From contig JAIPJA010000001.1 in assembly GCA_021734405.1 (NCBI GenBank), positions 1,586-65,585 on the forward strand: DNA of 64,000 nt, in the 5' to 3' direction. Each line of letters begins with the position of its first letter. Positions within the stretch are counted from its first letter, which is position 1. This document shows, in pieces, positions 47,010-57,904 of the stretch. Made by a program: the position numbers and the translations under genes. Source of the DNA: Minisyncoccota bacterium. Lineage in GTDB: Bacteria; Patescibacteriota; Patescibacteriia; Patescibacteriales; UBA12465. Below the pieces are notes generated by a model that was not told where the DNA came from, ran no database searches, and saw only the letters and a list, made by a program, of their open reading frames with translations.

Positions 47010-47717
47010 TTAAACTCTACGTGGTTTTTTAGGTCGACAGCCATTATGAGGGACTGGCGTAATATCTTTTATAGAAGTAACTTCTAATCCATTAGCATTT
47101 AAAGCTCTAACAGCTGATTCCCTGCCTGTGCCAACTCCTGAGACGAAAACAGAAACTTCTTGTAAGCCAAATTCTTCCTTAGCTTTCATGGCTGCAATTT
47201 TTACAATAATAGAAGCTGCATAGGGAGTAGCCTTTTTAGCCCCTTTAAACCCAGCCACACCAGCACTGGCCCAAGAAATAACATTACCTTGCAAATCAGT
47301 TAAACTAACAATGGTATTGTTGTAAGTAGCTTGAATAAAAGCCTTGCCTACTTTAACCTTTACAGCTGTAGTTTTCTTTTTTCTCTTCTTTACTATTTTC
47401 TTCTTAGCTCTAGCAGCCTTATTTTGTTCTAATTTTTTCTTAATTTCCTCAGGTAAATCTTCATCGTCAGAAGTTAGAGAAATTTGAGTTTCTTCCTCTT
47501 CGTCTAACTCATTTTTTAAATCTTCTTTTTTAACGCTAGATTTAACCTTCTTTTTATCATCTAAAACTTTAGTTTTGCTTTTTTTGTCAGCAGAATCTTT
47601 AACTGTTTCAGCCTCTTTCGCTAATTCAGTCTTTTGACCAGCTTCCTCTAAGGAAGTAGTTTTCATTTCTTCTTCCTTAACTTCTTTTTTTGTATCTTTA
47701 GCTTTATTATCACTCAT
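47010..47717 (-). CDS. rpsK: 30S ribosomal protein S11 with a ~100-aa K/E-rich N-terminal extension
   Basis: The S11 core begins around [32 protein letters not shown]. Confidence 0.85.
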   Translation of the reverse strand: MSDNKAKDTKKEVKEEEMKTTSLEEAGQKTELAKEAETVKDSADKKSKTKVLDDKKKVKSSVKKEDLKNELDEEEETQISLTSDDEDLPEEIKKKLEQNKAARAKKKIVKKRKKKTTAVKVKVGKAFIQATYNNTIVSLTDLQGNVISWASAGVAGFKGAKKATPYAASIIVKIAAMKAKEEFGLQEVSVFVSGVGTGRESAVRALNANGLEVTSIKDITPVPHNGCRPKKPRRV

Positions 47718-47765
47718 AAATAATGCCTTAATAATGCTTTCTTATTTAAACTATTAATTAATATC

Positions 47766-48161
47766 TTAAGTTTTTTGAGCAGCTGCCTTATTCTTTCCTG
47801 ATCCCATAGTAAGACGCTTATTACCTCTAACTGTACGACTATTAGTTTTAGTTCTCTGACCTCTAGCCGGTAAACGTTTAGTATGTCTTGAGCCTCTATA
47901 TGAATTTATTTCTTTTAGTCTTTTAATATTACCACTAATTTGTCTACGCAAATCTCCTTCAACTATGTAATTTTTATCAATATATTCTCTAATTTTATTA
48001 GCATCATCTTCTTTCACATCTTTAACCCTAGTACTAGGGTCAATTTTTAAAGAAGATAAAATGCCTTGAGACTGCTTTAAACCAATGCCATAAACGTAAG
48101 TTAAGGCAATTTCAATTCTTTTTTCATTAGGGATGTTTACCCCAGCAATTCTTATAGCCAT
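47766..48161 (-). CDS. rpsM: 30S ribosomal protein S13
   Basis: The N-terminus is [28 protein letters not shown]. Confidence 0.9.
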   Translation of the reverse strand: MAIRIAGVNIPNEKRIEIALTYVYGIGLKQSQGILSSLKIDPSTRVKDVKEDDANKIREYIDKNYIVEGDLRRQISGNIKRLKEINSYRGSRHTKRLPARGQRTKTNSRTVRGNKRLTMGSGKNKAAAQKT

Positions 48162-48170
48162 AAATAATAA

Positions 48171-48284
48171 TTAACCTTGTCTTTGTTTATGTTTAGGATT
48201 TTTGCAAATAACATAAACTCTGCCCTTTCTGCGGACAACTTGACAATCTTTACATATTTTTTTTGCACTTGCTCTAACTTTCAT
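48171..48284 (-). CDS. rpmJ: 50S ribosomal protein L36 (37 aa, [37 protein letters not shown])
   Basis: I translated this myself; it is below the ORF-track size cutoff. It has the conserved C..C..C..H zinc-ribbon. Confidence 0.85.
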   Translation of the reverse strand: MKVRASAKKICKDCQVVRRKGRVYVICKNPKHKQRQG

Positions 48285-48355
48285 AGTTAAAAATTAAAAG
48301 ACAAACAGCTGAAACTTCCAGCTTTTAATTATTCTTCACCTCAAGATCTAAAAAA

Positions 48356-48625
48356 TTAGAGCCTGTAGGTAATCCTGCCCTTGCTTAAATCGTAAGGACT
48401 AATTTGCAATTTCACTCTGTCGCCAGGCAATAATCTAATTTTGTTCATTCTCATCTTACCTGATAAGTGCGCTAAAATTTCATGCCCATTATCTAAAGCT
48501 ACCTTAAAAGTAGTAGCAGGCATTAATTCTAGAACTTCACCTTCTGTTTCAATAAAGTCTTTGGAGTTTTGCGCTTGCGACTGATTGTTTTGCATTTCTT
48601 GTTTATTGTTTTTTTCCATTAACAC
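48356..48625 (-). CDS. infA: Translation initiation factor IF-1 (the real start is probably internal)
   Basis: The S1-like core is [57 protein letters not shown]. Confidence 0.85.
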   Translation of the reverse strand: MLMEKNNKQEMQNNQSQAQNSKDFIETEGEVLELMPATTFKVALDNGHEILAHLSGKMRMNKIRLLPGDRVKLQISPYDLSKGRITYRL

Positions 48626-48660
48626 AAAAAAATTTGATAAAGAAAATAACGCTTTATCAA
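48623..48660 (-). terminator. Intrinsic terminator after alaS
   Basis: A perfect 9-bp stem TTGATAAAG/CTTTATCAA is followed by a T-tract on the minus strand. Confidence 0.5.
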
Positions 48661-48755
48661 AATATATTTAGCAAAATTTTTACCTTGCTTATAAATATAA
48701 GGCTATTATATACACTTAAAGTTTCCTTGTCAAGAGCAAAGAGGATAATAAAAAA

Positions 48756-50528
48756 TTACTCTAAAATCGCCTTAATTCTTCTCACTCCCGCACTGCTACT
48801 TTCTTCTTTTTTTATTTTAAATTTACCTAACTCTCCAGTTCTCTCTACATGAGGACCACCACAAATTTCTTTAGAAAAATAATTTTCTTTCTGACCCACA
48901 CTATAGACTTTAACCATTTCTCCATACTTAGAAGCAAAAACTCCCATAGCTTTTTCTGCTCTAGCTTGTTCTAGGCTAACCTCTCTACAAGTAACTGGCA
49001 AATCTTGAGCAATTGCTTCATTAACTAATTGTTCTACTTCTTGCTTTTGATCTTCAGTCATTTTTTCTCCATGAGAAAAATCAAAACGCAATCTTTCTGT
49101 GGTAATATTGCTGCCTTTTTGTTCAACATGATCACCTAAAACCTGTCTTAGTGCTGCTAAAAGTAAATGAGCCGCTGTATGAAGCCTGACTGTCTCCTTA
49201 TCATCACCTGACAAGCCACCTTTAAATTTACCAGCTGAAGCAGTACGAGAAAGCTCTTGGTGCTTTTCCAGGGCTACAAGATATTCTTTATTAAAATCCT
49301 TACTCAATTTTATTCCTTTTTCTTTAGCTATTTCTTTAGTCATCTCTACTGGGTAACCAAAGCTTTGAAAAAGATTAAAAGCAGTTGCACCATCTATCTC
49401 ACCCTTTATTTGCTCTATTTTCTTCTCCCCCACTACTAAGGTTTTTTCAAACTTCTCCTCTTCTTTTTTAAGTTCTTCCAGTATAAAGTTTTGATTTGAA
49501 GAAAGTTCCAAATATGTATCTTTATATATTTCTATGGTTTTTTTAGCTAAATTAGGCAATAAATTATTATCTTCAATTTCTAAACGACTTTTTAGACCTA
49601 AGGCCCTTCTAATTAGTCGTCTTAAAACATAGCCTTGATCAGTATTGGAAGGAGAAACTCCTTTATGATCTCCCATGATAAAGACAGAGGCACGAATATG
49701 ATCAGCTATAATTCTCATCTCTCGTGTGTAGTTATCATAACTTTTATTACTAGCTAACTCTATTATTTCTATAAGTGGCCACAACAGTTCAGTTCTATAA
49801 ACATCATCTAAACCATTTACTACTGCCAAGACTCTTTCCAGGCCTAAACCAGTATCAATATTTTTTTGCTCTAACTCAACATAAGTATGTTCAGTTTTTT
49901 TATATTCCATAAACACATCGTTCCAAATCTCTACCCAATTTTTATCCTCTGGATTAAAAACTTCTGGCACTGGGTTTGTGCCTGTCCAATAAAACATTTC
50001 TGAATCTGGTCCAGCTGGAGTATTTAAAGAGCCCAGTTCCCACCAATTATCTTTTCTATCTAATTTAGCAATTCTTTTCTCAGAAATCCCTAAATCAAGC
50101 CAAGCTCTATAGGCCTCATCATCAAAAGGCACCTTATCATCGCCTTTAAAAACAGTAAAAGCTAATTTGTTCACATCTAAACCTAAATACTCTTTGGCAG
50201 TTAAAAACTGATAACTCAAAGAAATAGCTTCTTTTTTAAAGTAATCACCTAAGGACCAATTACCACACATCTCAAAGAAAGTATTATGACTAGTATCTCC
50301 TACCTCATCTATATCTCCAGTACGAATACATTTTTGCACATTAGCTAATTTTTTGCCTCCAGCATGCTTCTGTCCTAACAAGTAAGGCACTAAAGGGTGC
50401 ATGCCAGCGGTAGTAAAAAGTACGGAAGGGTCATTTTCAGGAATTAAAGAAGCGCTGGATATAATAGCATGTCCATGTTTTTTAAAAAAATTTAAATATT
50501 TATCTCTAAGTTCTTGAGCTGTTAACAT
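48756..50528 (-). CDS. alaS: Alanine--tRNA ligase, short form (590 aa: catalytic plus editing core, no C-Ala domain)
   Basis: The class II catalytic N-terminus is FTTAGMHPLVPY. The editing signatures are HTAAHLL and CGGPHV. The protein ends soon after them. Confidence 0.8.
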   Translation of the reverse strand: MLTAQELRDKYLNFFKKHGHAIISSASLIPENDPSVLFTTAGMHPLVPYLLGQKHAGGKKLANVQKCIRTGDIDEVGDTSHNTFFEMCGNWSLGDYFKKEAISLSYQFLTAKEYLGLDVNKLAFTVFKGDDKVPFDDEAYRAWLDLGISEKRIAKLDRKDNWWELGSLNTPAGPDSEMFYWTGTNPVPEVFNPEDKNWVEIWNDVFMEYKKTEHTYVELEQKNIDTGLGLERVLAVVNGLDDVYRTELLWPLIEIIELASNKSYDNYTREMRIIADHIRASVFIMGDHKGVSPSNTDQGYVLRRLIRRALGLKSRLEIEDNNLLPNLAKKTIEIYKDTYLELSSNQNFILEELKKEEEKFEKTLVVGEKKIEQIKGEIDGATAFNLFQSFGYPVEMTKEIAKEKGIKLSKDFNKEYLVALEKHQELSRTASAGKFKGGLSGDDKETVRLHTAAHLLLAALRQVLGDHVEQKGSNITTERLRFDFSHGEKMTEDQKQEVEQLVNEAIAQDLPVTCREVSLEQARAEKAMGVFASKYGEMVKVYSVGQKENYFSKEICGGPHVERTGELGKFKIKKEESSSAGVRRIKAILE

Positions 50529-50578
50529 AAATAATCTATTTAATTACAATATTTTTTTATTAAATTAATAATCTTTAA

Positions 50579-50845
50579 TTATTTGTTCAAGTTCTCTTTT
50601 ACGGCTTTTATAAGCTCCTCCTTATTTTGCAAGCCTTTAAGCCTAAACATTTCTTCGCCTTCTTTATCTAGAAAAATAAAGACAGGAATTTCTTTAACAT
50701 CATATTTTTTTAAAAGCTCTTCATTTTCATCAGCATCAAAGTATTCACTTTGCAGTTCTGGAACCTCTTTGGCTATTTCTTCCCACATTGGTTTCATAGT
50801 TAGACACTCTGCGCACCAAATAGCGCCAATTTTTAATACTTTCAT
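50579..50845 (-). CDS. Thioredoxin-family protein
   Basis: It has the WCAEC CxxC active-site motif and is 88 aa. Confidence 0.7.
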   Translation of the reverse strand: MKVLKIGAIWCAECLTMKPMWEEIAKEVPELQSEYFDADENEELLKKYDVKEIPVFIFLDKEGEEMFRLKGLQNKEELIKAVKENLNK

Positions 50846-50935
50846 ATATTTATATTAATTATTAATACTATTAGATTAGTCTATTATCAATTAAAGCCCT
50901 AAAACTTAAATTAAAACAAAATTTTTCTTTATAGA

Positions 50936-51961
50936 TTATTCAATTATATTTACTTCCGGAGTTAGCTCAATGCCAAACTTATCTTTTACTTCACAAATAA
51001 TAGTCTTAGTTAAAAATTTAATATCATTAAAACTAGCTCCACCCTTATTTACAACTATTAAAGCTTGTTGATGCCAAACTCCAGCTAATCCTAAATCTTT
51101 GCCTTTCCAGCCAGCCCTTTCTATTAACCAACCAGCTGGCACTTTAACTAAACCTGAAGGTAAATCATAATACTTTATATCTGGAAATTTTTCCTTTAAT
51201 TTTTCAAATTCTTCCTGACTTATTTCAGGATTTTTAAAAAAGGAACCAGCATTACCAAATTCTTTCGGCTCTGGTAGTTTTGACTTTCTAATTTTCTCCA
51301 CTGCTAACCTCACATCTTCAGCATTAATATTTACCACTTCTTTGTTTATTTCTTCTTGCAAACTACCATAGTCTAAAGCTGGAGCAGGTAAAAGAGATAA
51401 TTTAAAAGTAACTGAAACAATAATATATTTTCCTTTTAAACCTTCCTTAAAAATACTGGATCTGTAGCCAAAATTACAATCTTTTAAATAAAAAGTTCGA
51501 AGGGTTAAATCTTCAATATTTAAAGCCTCTAAAGATACAAAAGTATCTTTAATTTCCCTGCCATAAGCGCCAATATTTTGTACTGGGCAAGCTCCAACTG
51601 TTCCTGGGATATAAGCTAAGTTCTCTAAGCCCCAATAATTTCTTTTAGTAGTATACTTTACTAAATCATCCCAAACCTCTCCAGCTTTAGCTGTAACTAA
51701 AACCTCATTAGAATTTCTCTCTCTGATCTCTTTAATGCCTTTTAGCTTATTAACAATAACTAAGCCCTCAAAATCTCTATCAGAAATTAAAAGGTTAGAA
51801 CCCCCGCCAATTATTAAAAGTGGAACTTCTTTGTCCTTAGCAATCTCTACAGCTTGTCTGATATCAGCTAAATTTTCAGCTTCAACCAAGTATTTAGCTT
51901 TACCACCTATACTAAAAGTGGTGTATGTAGCTAATTTAACATTATTTTGAATATTTAACAT
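50936..51961 (-). CDS. murB: UDP-N-acetylenolpyruvoylglucosamine reductase
   Basis: The FAD-binding block is LLIIGGGSNLL and the C-terminal MurB domain is present. Confidence 0.8.
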   Translation of the reverse strand: MLNIQNNVKLATYTTFSIGGKAKYLVEAENLADIRQAVEIAKDKEVPLLIIGGGSNLLISDRDFEGLVIVNKLKGIKEIRERNSNEVLVTAKAGEVWDDLVKYTTKRNYWGLENLAYIPGTVGACPVQNIGAYGREIKDTFVSLEALNIEDLTLRTFYLKDCNFGYRSSIFKEGLKGKYIIVSVTFKLSLLPAPALDYGSLQEEINKEVVNINAEDVRLAVEKIRKSKLPEPKEFGNAGSFFKNPEISQEEFEKLKEKFPDIKYYDLPSGLVKVPAGWLIERAGWKGKDLGLAGVWHQQALIVVNKGGASFNDIKFLTKTIICEVKDKFGIELTPEVNIIE

Positions 51962-52026
51962 AAAAACTAAACAATTTTAAGATATAATAATTATAATAAG
52001 GATTAGATATTAAAGCAAACTAATAA

Positions 52027-52683
52027 ATTAAAAAACAAGATCTGGGACAATCACCGCAAACAATTAACTTAGCCCTTAATGCTATTAAATTTCTATATTT
52101 AAAAATATTAAAAGATACCAAGAAAATTGATATAAAATTTACTAAAAGAAGTCAAAAGCTCCCTATAGTTCTCTCCCGTTTAGAGATTAAAAAAATTATT
52201 TCAGCTACCACTAACTCTAAATACCGCCTTATTATTTCCCTAGCTTATGGTTCTGGGTTGAGGGTTGGTGAAGTTGCTAAATTAAAAGCCAAAGATTTGG
52301 ATATAGAAGAGTTAGTTATATATATTAAAGAAGGTAAAGGAAGAAAAGATAGAATTAGTATACTACCAGAAACGTTAATAAAGGAGTTGCAAACCCTGTT
52401 AATTTCTAAAGATGGGGACGATTTTCTCTTTGAGTCTAATAGGGGAGCTAAGTTGACCACTGCTTCAATGCAAAAAATGTTTTATAAAAGTCTAAAGCTA
52501 GCTGAAATAAATAAAAAAGCCAGTTTCCATTCTTTAAGGCACTCTTTTGCTACGCACTTATTAGAAAATGGAACTGATTTGCGTTATGTTCAAAAATTAC
52601 TAGGACATAGAAATATTCGCACTACTCAAGGTTATACCCAGGTTACCAACCCTACCTTAAAAAATATTAAAAGCCCGTTATAG
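52027..52683 (+). pseudogene. 5'-truncated tyrosine recombinase (XerC/D-like) fragment; about 100 N-terminal residues are missing
   Basis: The catalytic C-terminus HSLRHSFATHLLENGTDLRYVQKLLGHRNIRTTQGYT is intact. The frame is open upstream to a double TAA at 52021-52026 with no ATG. The first possible start is a TTG at 52258. Confidence 0.55.
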
Positions 52684-52763
52684 GTTTTTAAGTCATTTAT
52701 TAATAAACTTATTTTAATTTTAAATATAAAAATATTAACTTTAAGTATTTAAAACAATTTTTA

Positions 52764-53783
52764 TTATTTATTTCTTAAAAAATAATTCTGAATTCCAATA
52801 GAAAAATCTTCACCGACATCCTCAGAAACAACATCACCGCAAAGACCTTTAATTGGGTCCAAAACCTTACAAATCTGTATCTTTATCTTATAATTCCCTG
52901 GAATTTCATAAATAGGAATTTTTGAAATAACAGGCCATTCATAAAAATTTTCCTTTGAGATAATCAGTGATTCAGCAAAAATTTTATTATTATCACCTAA
53001 AAGCACTAAATTAACAGCTTCTTCTCTATTTAAATTTTCCGTCTTCCAACTTACAGGAATCTTCGTATCTCGACCTAAATTAAAACTTTCTCCACCAGTA
53101 GGCGATAGTAACTTAAGAAATGGCTTAGAAAAAGGATTGTACCAGCTCTTCCAATTTTCTTTGTTGCCAAAATTATCCAATAAAGTAATATAAATCTGCT
53201 CCCATACAGGCAAGTCTTCGTTTTCAGTAAATAAAACAAAATCAACCAAAAAACTAATTAAAGCAAAATTATTATCATTAATATCTTTTATTTTTTCTTC
53301 AGGCATTTTTGCTATAATTTCCTTATTCTCCTTAGCACTTAAAGTAAAATATTTCTTATTTTTATAATAATATTCAATGCAATCGCCTGGGCATCCCCCT
53401 GTATTATTTACTGAATCTTGCAAACTTAAATCTAAAGCAATTGTATGGTCCTGATCACTGCTATTATTAATTATAACCTTATAAGCTTTAGAAATAGTAG
53501 TATTTTCAAATAAATCAGCACTGGCATAAACTTCTATAGTAACGCCATAGTCATTAATCACTCTTTCATCTATTTGCTTAAATTCAAATTGCTCACCTAA
53601 ATCCTGTAATTTTTGTTCAGGCTCACCAGTATCAATTCCTTCAGCAACAAATTCTATTTGCTCTAAATCAATTTGTCTTTCCTTAACTTTTTTTAATGTT
53701 TCTTGAGAAAGATATATTCCTATAGCCAACACAAACAAAATAAATAGGAACATCAAGAATTTAACTTCTTTTTTAATTTGCAT
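52764..53783 (-). CDS. Hypothetical secreted or membrane-anchored protein
   Basis: It has an N-terminal signal/anchor FLMFLFILFVLAIGIYL. Confidence 0.45.
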   Translation of the reverse strand: MQIKKEVKFLMFLFILFVLAIGIYLSQETLKKVKERQIDLEQIEFVAEGIDTGEPEQKLQDLGEQFEFKQIDERVINDYGVTIEVYASADLFENTTISKAYKVIINNSSDQDHTIALDLSLQDSVNNTGGCPGDCIEYYYKNKKYFTLSAKENKEIIAKMPEEKIKDINDNNFALISFLVDFVLFTENEDLPVWEQIYITLLDNFGNKENWKSWYNPFSKPFLKLLSPTGGESFNLGRDTKIPVSWKTENLNREEAVNLVLLGDNNKIFAESLIISKENFYEWPVISKIPIYEIPGNYKIKIQICKVLDPIKGLCGDVVSEDVGEDFSIGIQNYFLRNK

Positions 53784-53811
53784 AATTATAATTAGTTAAT
53801 AAAGATTTAAA

Positions 53812-55338
53812 CTAATATTTATCTAATTCGTTAATCTGCTCTCTTATTTTATTAACTCTATCAAGCTCATGACCATATTTTTTAATTATAGATAAAGTAT
53901 TGTTGTTTATATAATAATCAAGTGCTTCACTATTTAAATCTCTTTGTATATCCAAAGCCTTGTTGTAAAAAGTATAATTTTTACCAACATTAATTTTCAT
54001 TAAAAAACCACCCAGCGTACCAATTAAAGACTCTCCTATACTAGGTTTAAACTCACCAAAATCATTATCTATAAAACTGTAATATATGTAATATATAATT
54101 GGTAAATCCATAGAATAAAAAGTATACTCAATTATTGGTTTAGGAAAAATTATCCCCTTGTAATTATCATAAAGTTTAAAATAACTTGCTGAATTTTTAT
54201 TTTTAAAAAATTCATTATTAACGCTATATTCTAGATTTATTAACTTGCTAAGATTATCTTTAGCCTCTTCAAACTCATCAACATATTTTATTAAACCTTC
54301 ATTAGAGTAATTTAACTCATTCATTTTATCAATACTCAATCTCATTATTGATATCCCCACCAATCTAAAAATATCTTCGTCATCTTTGTCACGAGCTAAT
54401 TGGTCACCAAATAAAAATAATTGCTCAAGATTTTCTCTGGCTAAATCACCTTCACCTTGAGAGGCCTGCTTGTCTGCTAAAACAACTAAACCTCTGCTCC
54501 AAGCTCGCAACCTATCAAGTCTTATTAACAAGCAATCTTTGCATAATATAATATCATCTGGAATATATTGTTCTGATAAACTGAAATGTTTAAATTGATT
54601 AATCTCATATAATAAATTTAAATCTTTTTCCGTCACTTCAATATAATCCTTACTATATCCTTGTATTTTTTTATCAGATTCTAAAAGCTGTCTGTTTGCC
54701 AATGAATTACTTAATTTCACTACCTTCTTAGCTGAATTACCCTCTCTAGTGTGATTATCTGGAAATTGTTCCCAAATATTTGTATTTGGATACAGATAAA
54801 AATCACTCGCTATCCTTGCTTCATCATAGTTCTTATTAAAACTAAAGACATAAACCGAAAAATTGACAGCGTATAAAGCAACTAACAATAACACAATGGC
54901 CCAAAATAGCTTAACATGATTTTTTAAAACAAAAACTGAATAAATAATATTTAAATATATATACATAAACAGGCAGGCTAACAGTGCGCATATAAAAAAC
55001 GAGCTATATAAATCATTAATATTAATATTATTAATATAAGAATATAAAAATAAAATAACATGGTCTAATATAAACTTTAAAACTACAGTGACTAATATTA
55101 GCTTAGAAATATTTTTTTGAATAAACTCTTTATTTTTATCTAATATCTTTACAACAAAAAGGAAAACAATAGCTGACAGAATAAGTGTCACTACTTCATG
55201 AATTAATAAAATAGAAAACCACCTAGTTACTGAGTAATTAAATAATCTAAAAAAACCATCATAAAGCTCAGATAATCCTAAATTAATAAGAATTATTAAA
55301 AAGGAAAATTTAAGATATAAAATTATAATTTTTTTCAT
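53812..55338 (-). CDS. Hypothetical polytopic membrane protein with a C-terminal soluble domain
   Basis: About 6 N-terminal TM helices are present. Confidence 0.45.
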   Translation of the reverse strand: MKKIIILYLKFSFLIILINLGLSELYDGFFRLFNYSVTRWFSILLIHEVVTLILSAIVFLFVVKILDKNKEFIQKNISKLILVTVVLKFILDHVILFLYSYINNININDLYSSFFICALLACLFMYIYLNIIYSVFVLKNHVKLFWAIVLLLVALYAVNFSVYVFSFNKNYDEARIASDFYLYPNTNIWEQFPDNHTREGNSAKKVVKLSNSLANRQLLESDKKIQGYSKDYIEVTEKDLNLLYEINQFKHFSLSEQYIPDDIILCKDCLLIRLDRLRAWSRGLVVLADKQASQGEGDLARENLEQLFLFGDQLARDKDDEDIFRLVGISIMRLSIDKMNELNYSNEGLIKYVDEFEEAKDNLSKLINLEYSVNNEFFKNKNSASYFKLYDNYKGIIFPKPIIEYTFYSMDLPIIYYIYYSFIDNDFGEFKPSIGESLIGTLGGFLMKINVGKNYTFYNKALDIQRDLNSEALDYYINNNTLSIIKKYGHELDRVNKIREQINELDKY

Positions 55339-55416
55339 AATTAATTATTAAGGCTCTAAACTGGCAGGCCAACCTATTAGCAGTATTTTTTAATATTTAT
55401 ATTTATAAATTTAGTC

Positions 55417-56832
55417 TTATTCTTTATTAAGTAAAGCCTCCCCCACCCTAAACACATCCCCTGCTCCCATAAGCACTGCTACTTCTTGAGGCTCTAAGTT
55501 GTTGGCTAAATACTTAGTGGTTTCTTTTAAATTCCCTGAAGCTAAGACCTCCTGTTTAATTTTAGCTTTTTTATTATATGCTTGTATTTTTTTAACTAAA
55601 TCATAACTACTAATTCCTCCCTGCTCTTCCCTGGCAGAGCCATAAATATCTACTACTAATACTTTATCAGCCAAATAAAAACTACGACTAAACTCACTTA
55701 AAAGCGCTTTAGTCCTAGTGTAGGTATGAGGGTGAAATACTACAGTCAAATTATTATCCTCATATTTCTGCCTTAAGCCCTCTAAGGTGCTTTTTATTTC
55801 AGTAGGATGATGACCATAATCATCAATTAAAAGAGCTTTCCTGTAGCGTCCCATAATCTCCTGTCTTCTGGCTGTACCTTTAAAATTAAAAACTCCCTTT
55901 TTTAAAAGCTCTTCCTTAGCTCCCAACTGAAAGCCGGTGGCTATGGCAGAAATAGCATTAGCGAGGTTGTGTCTACCTAAAAGCTTAATTTTAAAATTTT
56001 TGTAAATTTCGTCATTATACTGTAGTGAGAAAATTTGATCACCTTTTTCAAAATCATGTTTTCTAAGTTGCCAAACATTTTTCTTAGTTTTTAATTTTTG
56101 ATTAATAGAAAAACCTATTACTTCCCCCTGGCATTGTTTGGCTATCTTTCTGCAATTTAAATCATCATAGTTATATATTAAAAAGCCTGAAGCTGGGATT
56201 TTTTTTACAAAATCAGAAAAAGCCTTTAAATATTTGTTAAAGGTAGTAAAATAGTCATGATGGTCCCAGTCGATATTGGTTAATATAACTGCCTTTGGCT
56301 GAAAATGTTGTAGTTTATTTTGATATTCATCAGCTTCAATAATTAAAAGCTCTGATTTACCAACTAAACTACTACCTTTAAGTTGAGGCACCCTAGCCCC
56401 TATCAAAGCCTGAGGTGAAAGTTTAGCTTGTTTAAGGGCAAAAGCTGTCCAAGCTGAGACAGTAGTTTTGCCATGACTGCCACAAACTGCTAAACCTTTG
56501 TGGTTATTAAAAATTTCCGCCAACGCTTGAGCATAACTTTTTACAGGAATTTCTTTTTGCTCTAAAACTTGTTTAAGTTCAATATTATTTTTTTCAGTAT
56601 AAGCGCTGGAGTAAACAATTAAATCACAATCTTTTAAAGATTTTATATGTTCTCTGTTAAAACCCTCTAAGACCTTAATTTTACTAGCTTGTAAAACCTC
56701 ATCCGTCATAAAAGTTTCCTTTATGTCAGAGCCTTGCACTTTAACACCGTGCTGGCTCATAAACTGAGCTAACATAGTCATACCCACACCTTTTATGCCT
56801 ATAAAGTAAACTGATTTATAGTTATTTAACAT
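55417..56832 (-). CDS. murC: UDP-N-acetylmuramate--L-alanine ligase
   Basis: The N-terminus is GIKGVGMTMLAQ and the Mur ligase P-loop is GSHGKTT. Confidence 0.85.
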   Translation of the reverse strand: MLNNYKSVYFIGIKGVGMTMLAQFMSQHGVKVQGSDIKETFMTDEVLQASKIKVLEGFNREHIKSLKDCDLIVYSSAYTEKNNIELKQVLEQKEIPVKSYAQALAEIFNNHKGLAVCGSHGKTTVSAWTAFALKQAKLSPQALIGARVPQLKGSSLVGKSELLIIEADEYQNKLQHFQPKAVILTNIDWDHHDYFTTFNKYLKAFSDFVKKIPASGFLIYNYDDLNCRKIAKQCQGEVIGFSINQKLKTKKNVWQLRKHDFEKGDQIFSLQYNDEIYKNFKIKLLGRHNLANAISAIATGFQLGAKEELLKKGVFNFKGTARRQEIMGRYRKALLIDDYGHHPTEIKSTLEGLRQKYEDNNLTVVFHPHTYTRTKALLSEFSRSFYLADKVLVVDIYGSAREEQGGISSYDLVKKIQAYNKKAKIKQEVLASGNLKETTKYLANNLEPQEVAVLMGAGDVFRVGEALLNKE

Positions 56833-57904
56833 ATTTTTCTATTACCTCTGTTATTTTTTCTTCTGCCTGCTTAGGAATTAAATTAAATAAATTATTAGCT
56901 AAATCCTGTCTTTTGTTATCATCTTGCAGTAACTGTAATATATTATTTGTAAAACTAGTTATTGTTAATTGATTTTGATCTAATACTTTACCAGCTTGGT
57001 TTTTTTTAATAATCTCAGCATTATCTTCCTGATGACTAAAGGGCATAGGGATAAAGATTACTGGCTTTTTTAAAAAGGAAAGTTCTGTAATAGAACCCAA
57101 GCCACAACGAGAGATAATTAAATCTGAAGCTATAAAAATACGATTTAGTTTTTCAGCTGACACAAAATTAAAAGCCAAATAACTATCTTGGCTATTTAAA
57201 GTTTTAGCTAAAGAACCAGCAATATGAATAATTTGTATTTCCTTAGTTAAACTATCTAAAGATTCTTTAACTAGATCATTAATAGCTTTAGCTCCTTGAC
57301 CTCCGCCCACCACAGCGATAGTTGGTCTATCGGTTTTTAAACCTAAAGACTCTAAACACTCTCTTTTAGAAAAATTTTGTTTAAAAGCTTGTCTAACTGG
57401 ATTGCCAGTTAAAACAGCTTTATTTCCATAATCTTCCAAGGACTTAGAAAAAGTCACTGTAATTTTTTTAGAGGCTTTAGCCATTAACTTATTAGCCAAA
57501 CCAGGCCTCACATCTTGTTGATGAACTATTACAGGAATATTTAATATTTTAGCAGCCCAAACTAAAGGCACACTCACAAAAGCACCTGCACTCATCACTA
57601 AATCAGGGGAGAGTTTTTTTAAATAAATAAGGCTTTGAAAAAAAGCTAGTATTATTTTAAAAATATCAAGAAAATTTTTAAAAGAAAAATAGCGCCTCAG
57701 CTTACCACTGGATATAGCTATATACTTTAAACCTGCTTCAGCAATCATTTTCCTTTCTAAGCCTGTTTTGGTGCCAAACCAAACAAATTGCCAATTGTCA
57801 TGTTTTTTAGCTAGAAACTGCTTTAAACCTAAAAGAGGAGCAACTGATCCACCAGTGCCTCCACCTGAGAGAACTATTAATTTCTTATTACCTGTCTCTG
57901 GCAT
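56822..57904 (-). CDS. murG: UDP-GlcNAc:undecaprenyl-PP-MurNAc-pentapeptide GlcNAc transferase
   Basis: The N-terminus is LSGGGTGGSVAP and the protein has a GT28 fold. Confidence 0.85.
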   Translation of the reverse strand: MPETGNKKLIVLSGGGTGGSVAPLLGLKQFLAKKHDNWQFVWFGTKTGLERKMIAEAGLKYIAISSGKLRRYFSFKNFLDIFKIILAFFQSLIYLKKLSPDLVMSAGAFVSVPLVWAAKILNIPVIVHQQDVRPGLANKLMAKASKKITVTFSKSLEDYGNKAVLTGNPVRQAFKQNFSKRECLESLGLKTDRPTIAVVGGGQGAKAINDLVKESLDSLTKEIQIIHIAGSLAKTLNSQDSYLAFNFVSAEKLNRIFIASDLIISRCGLGSITELSFLKKPVIFIPMPFSHQEDNAEIIKKNQAGKVLDQNQLTITSFTNNILQLLQDDNKRQDLANNLFNLIPKQAEEKITEVIEKYVK

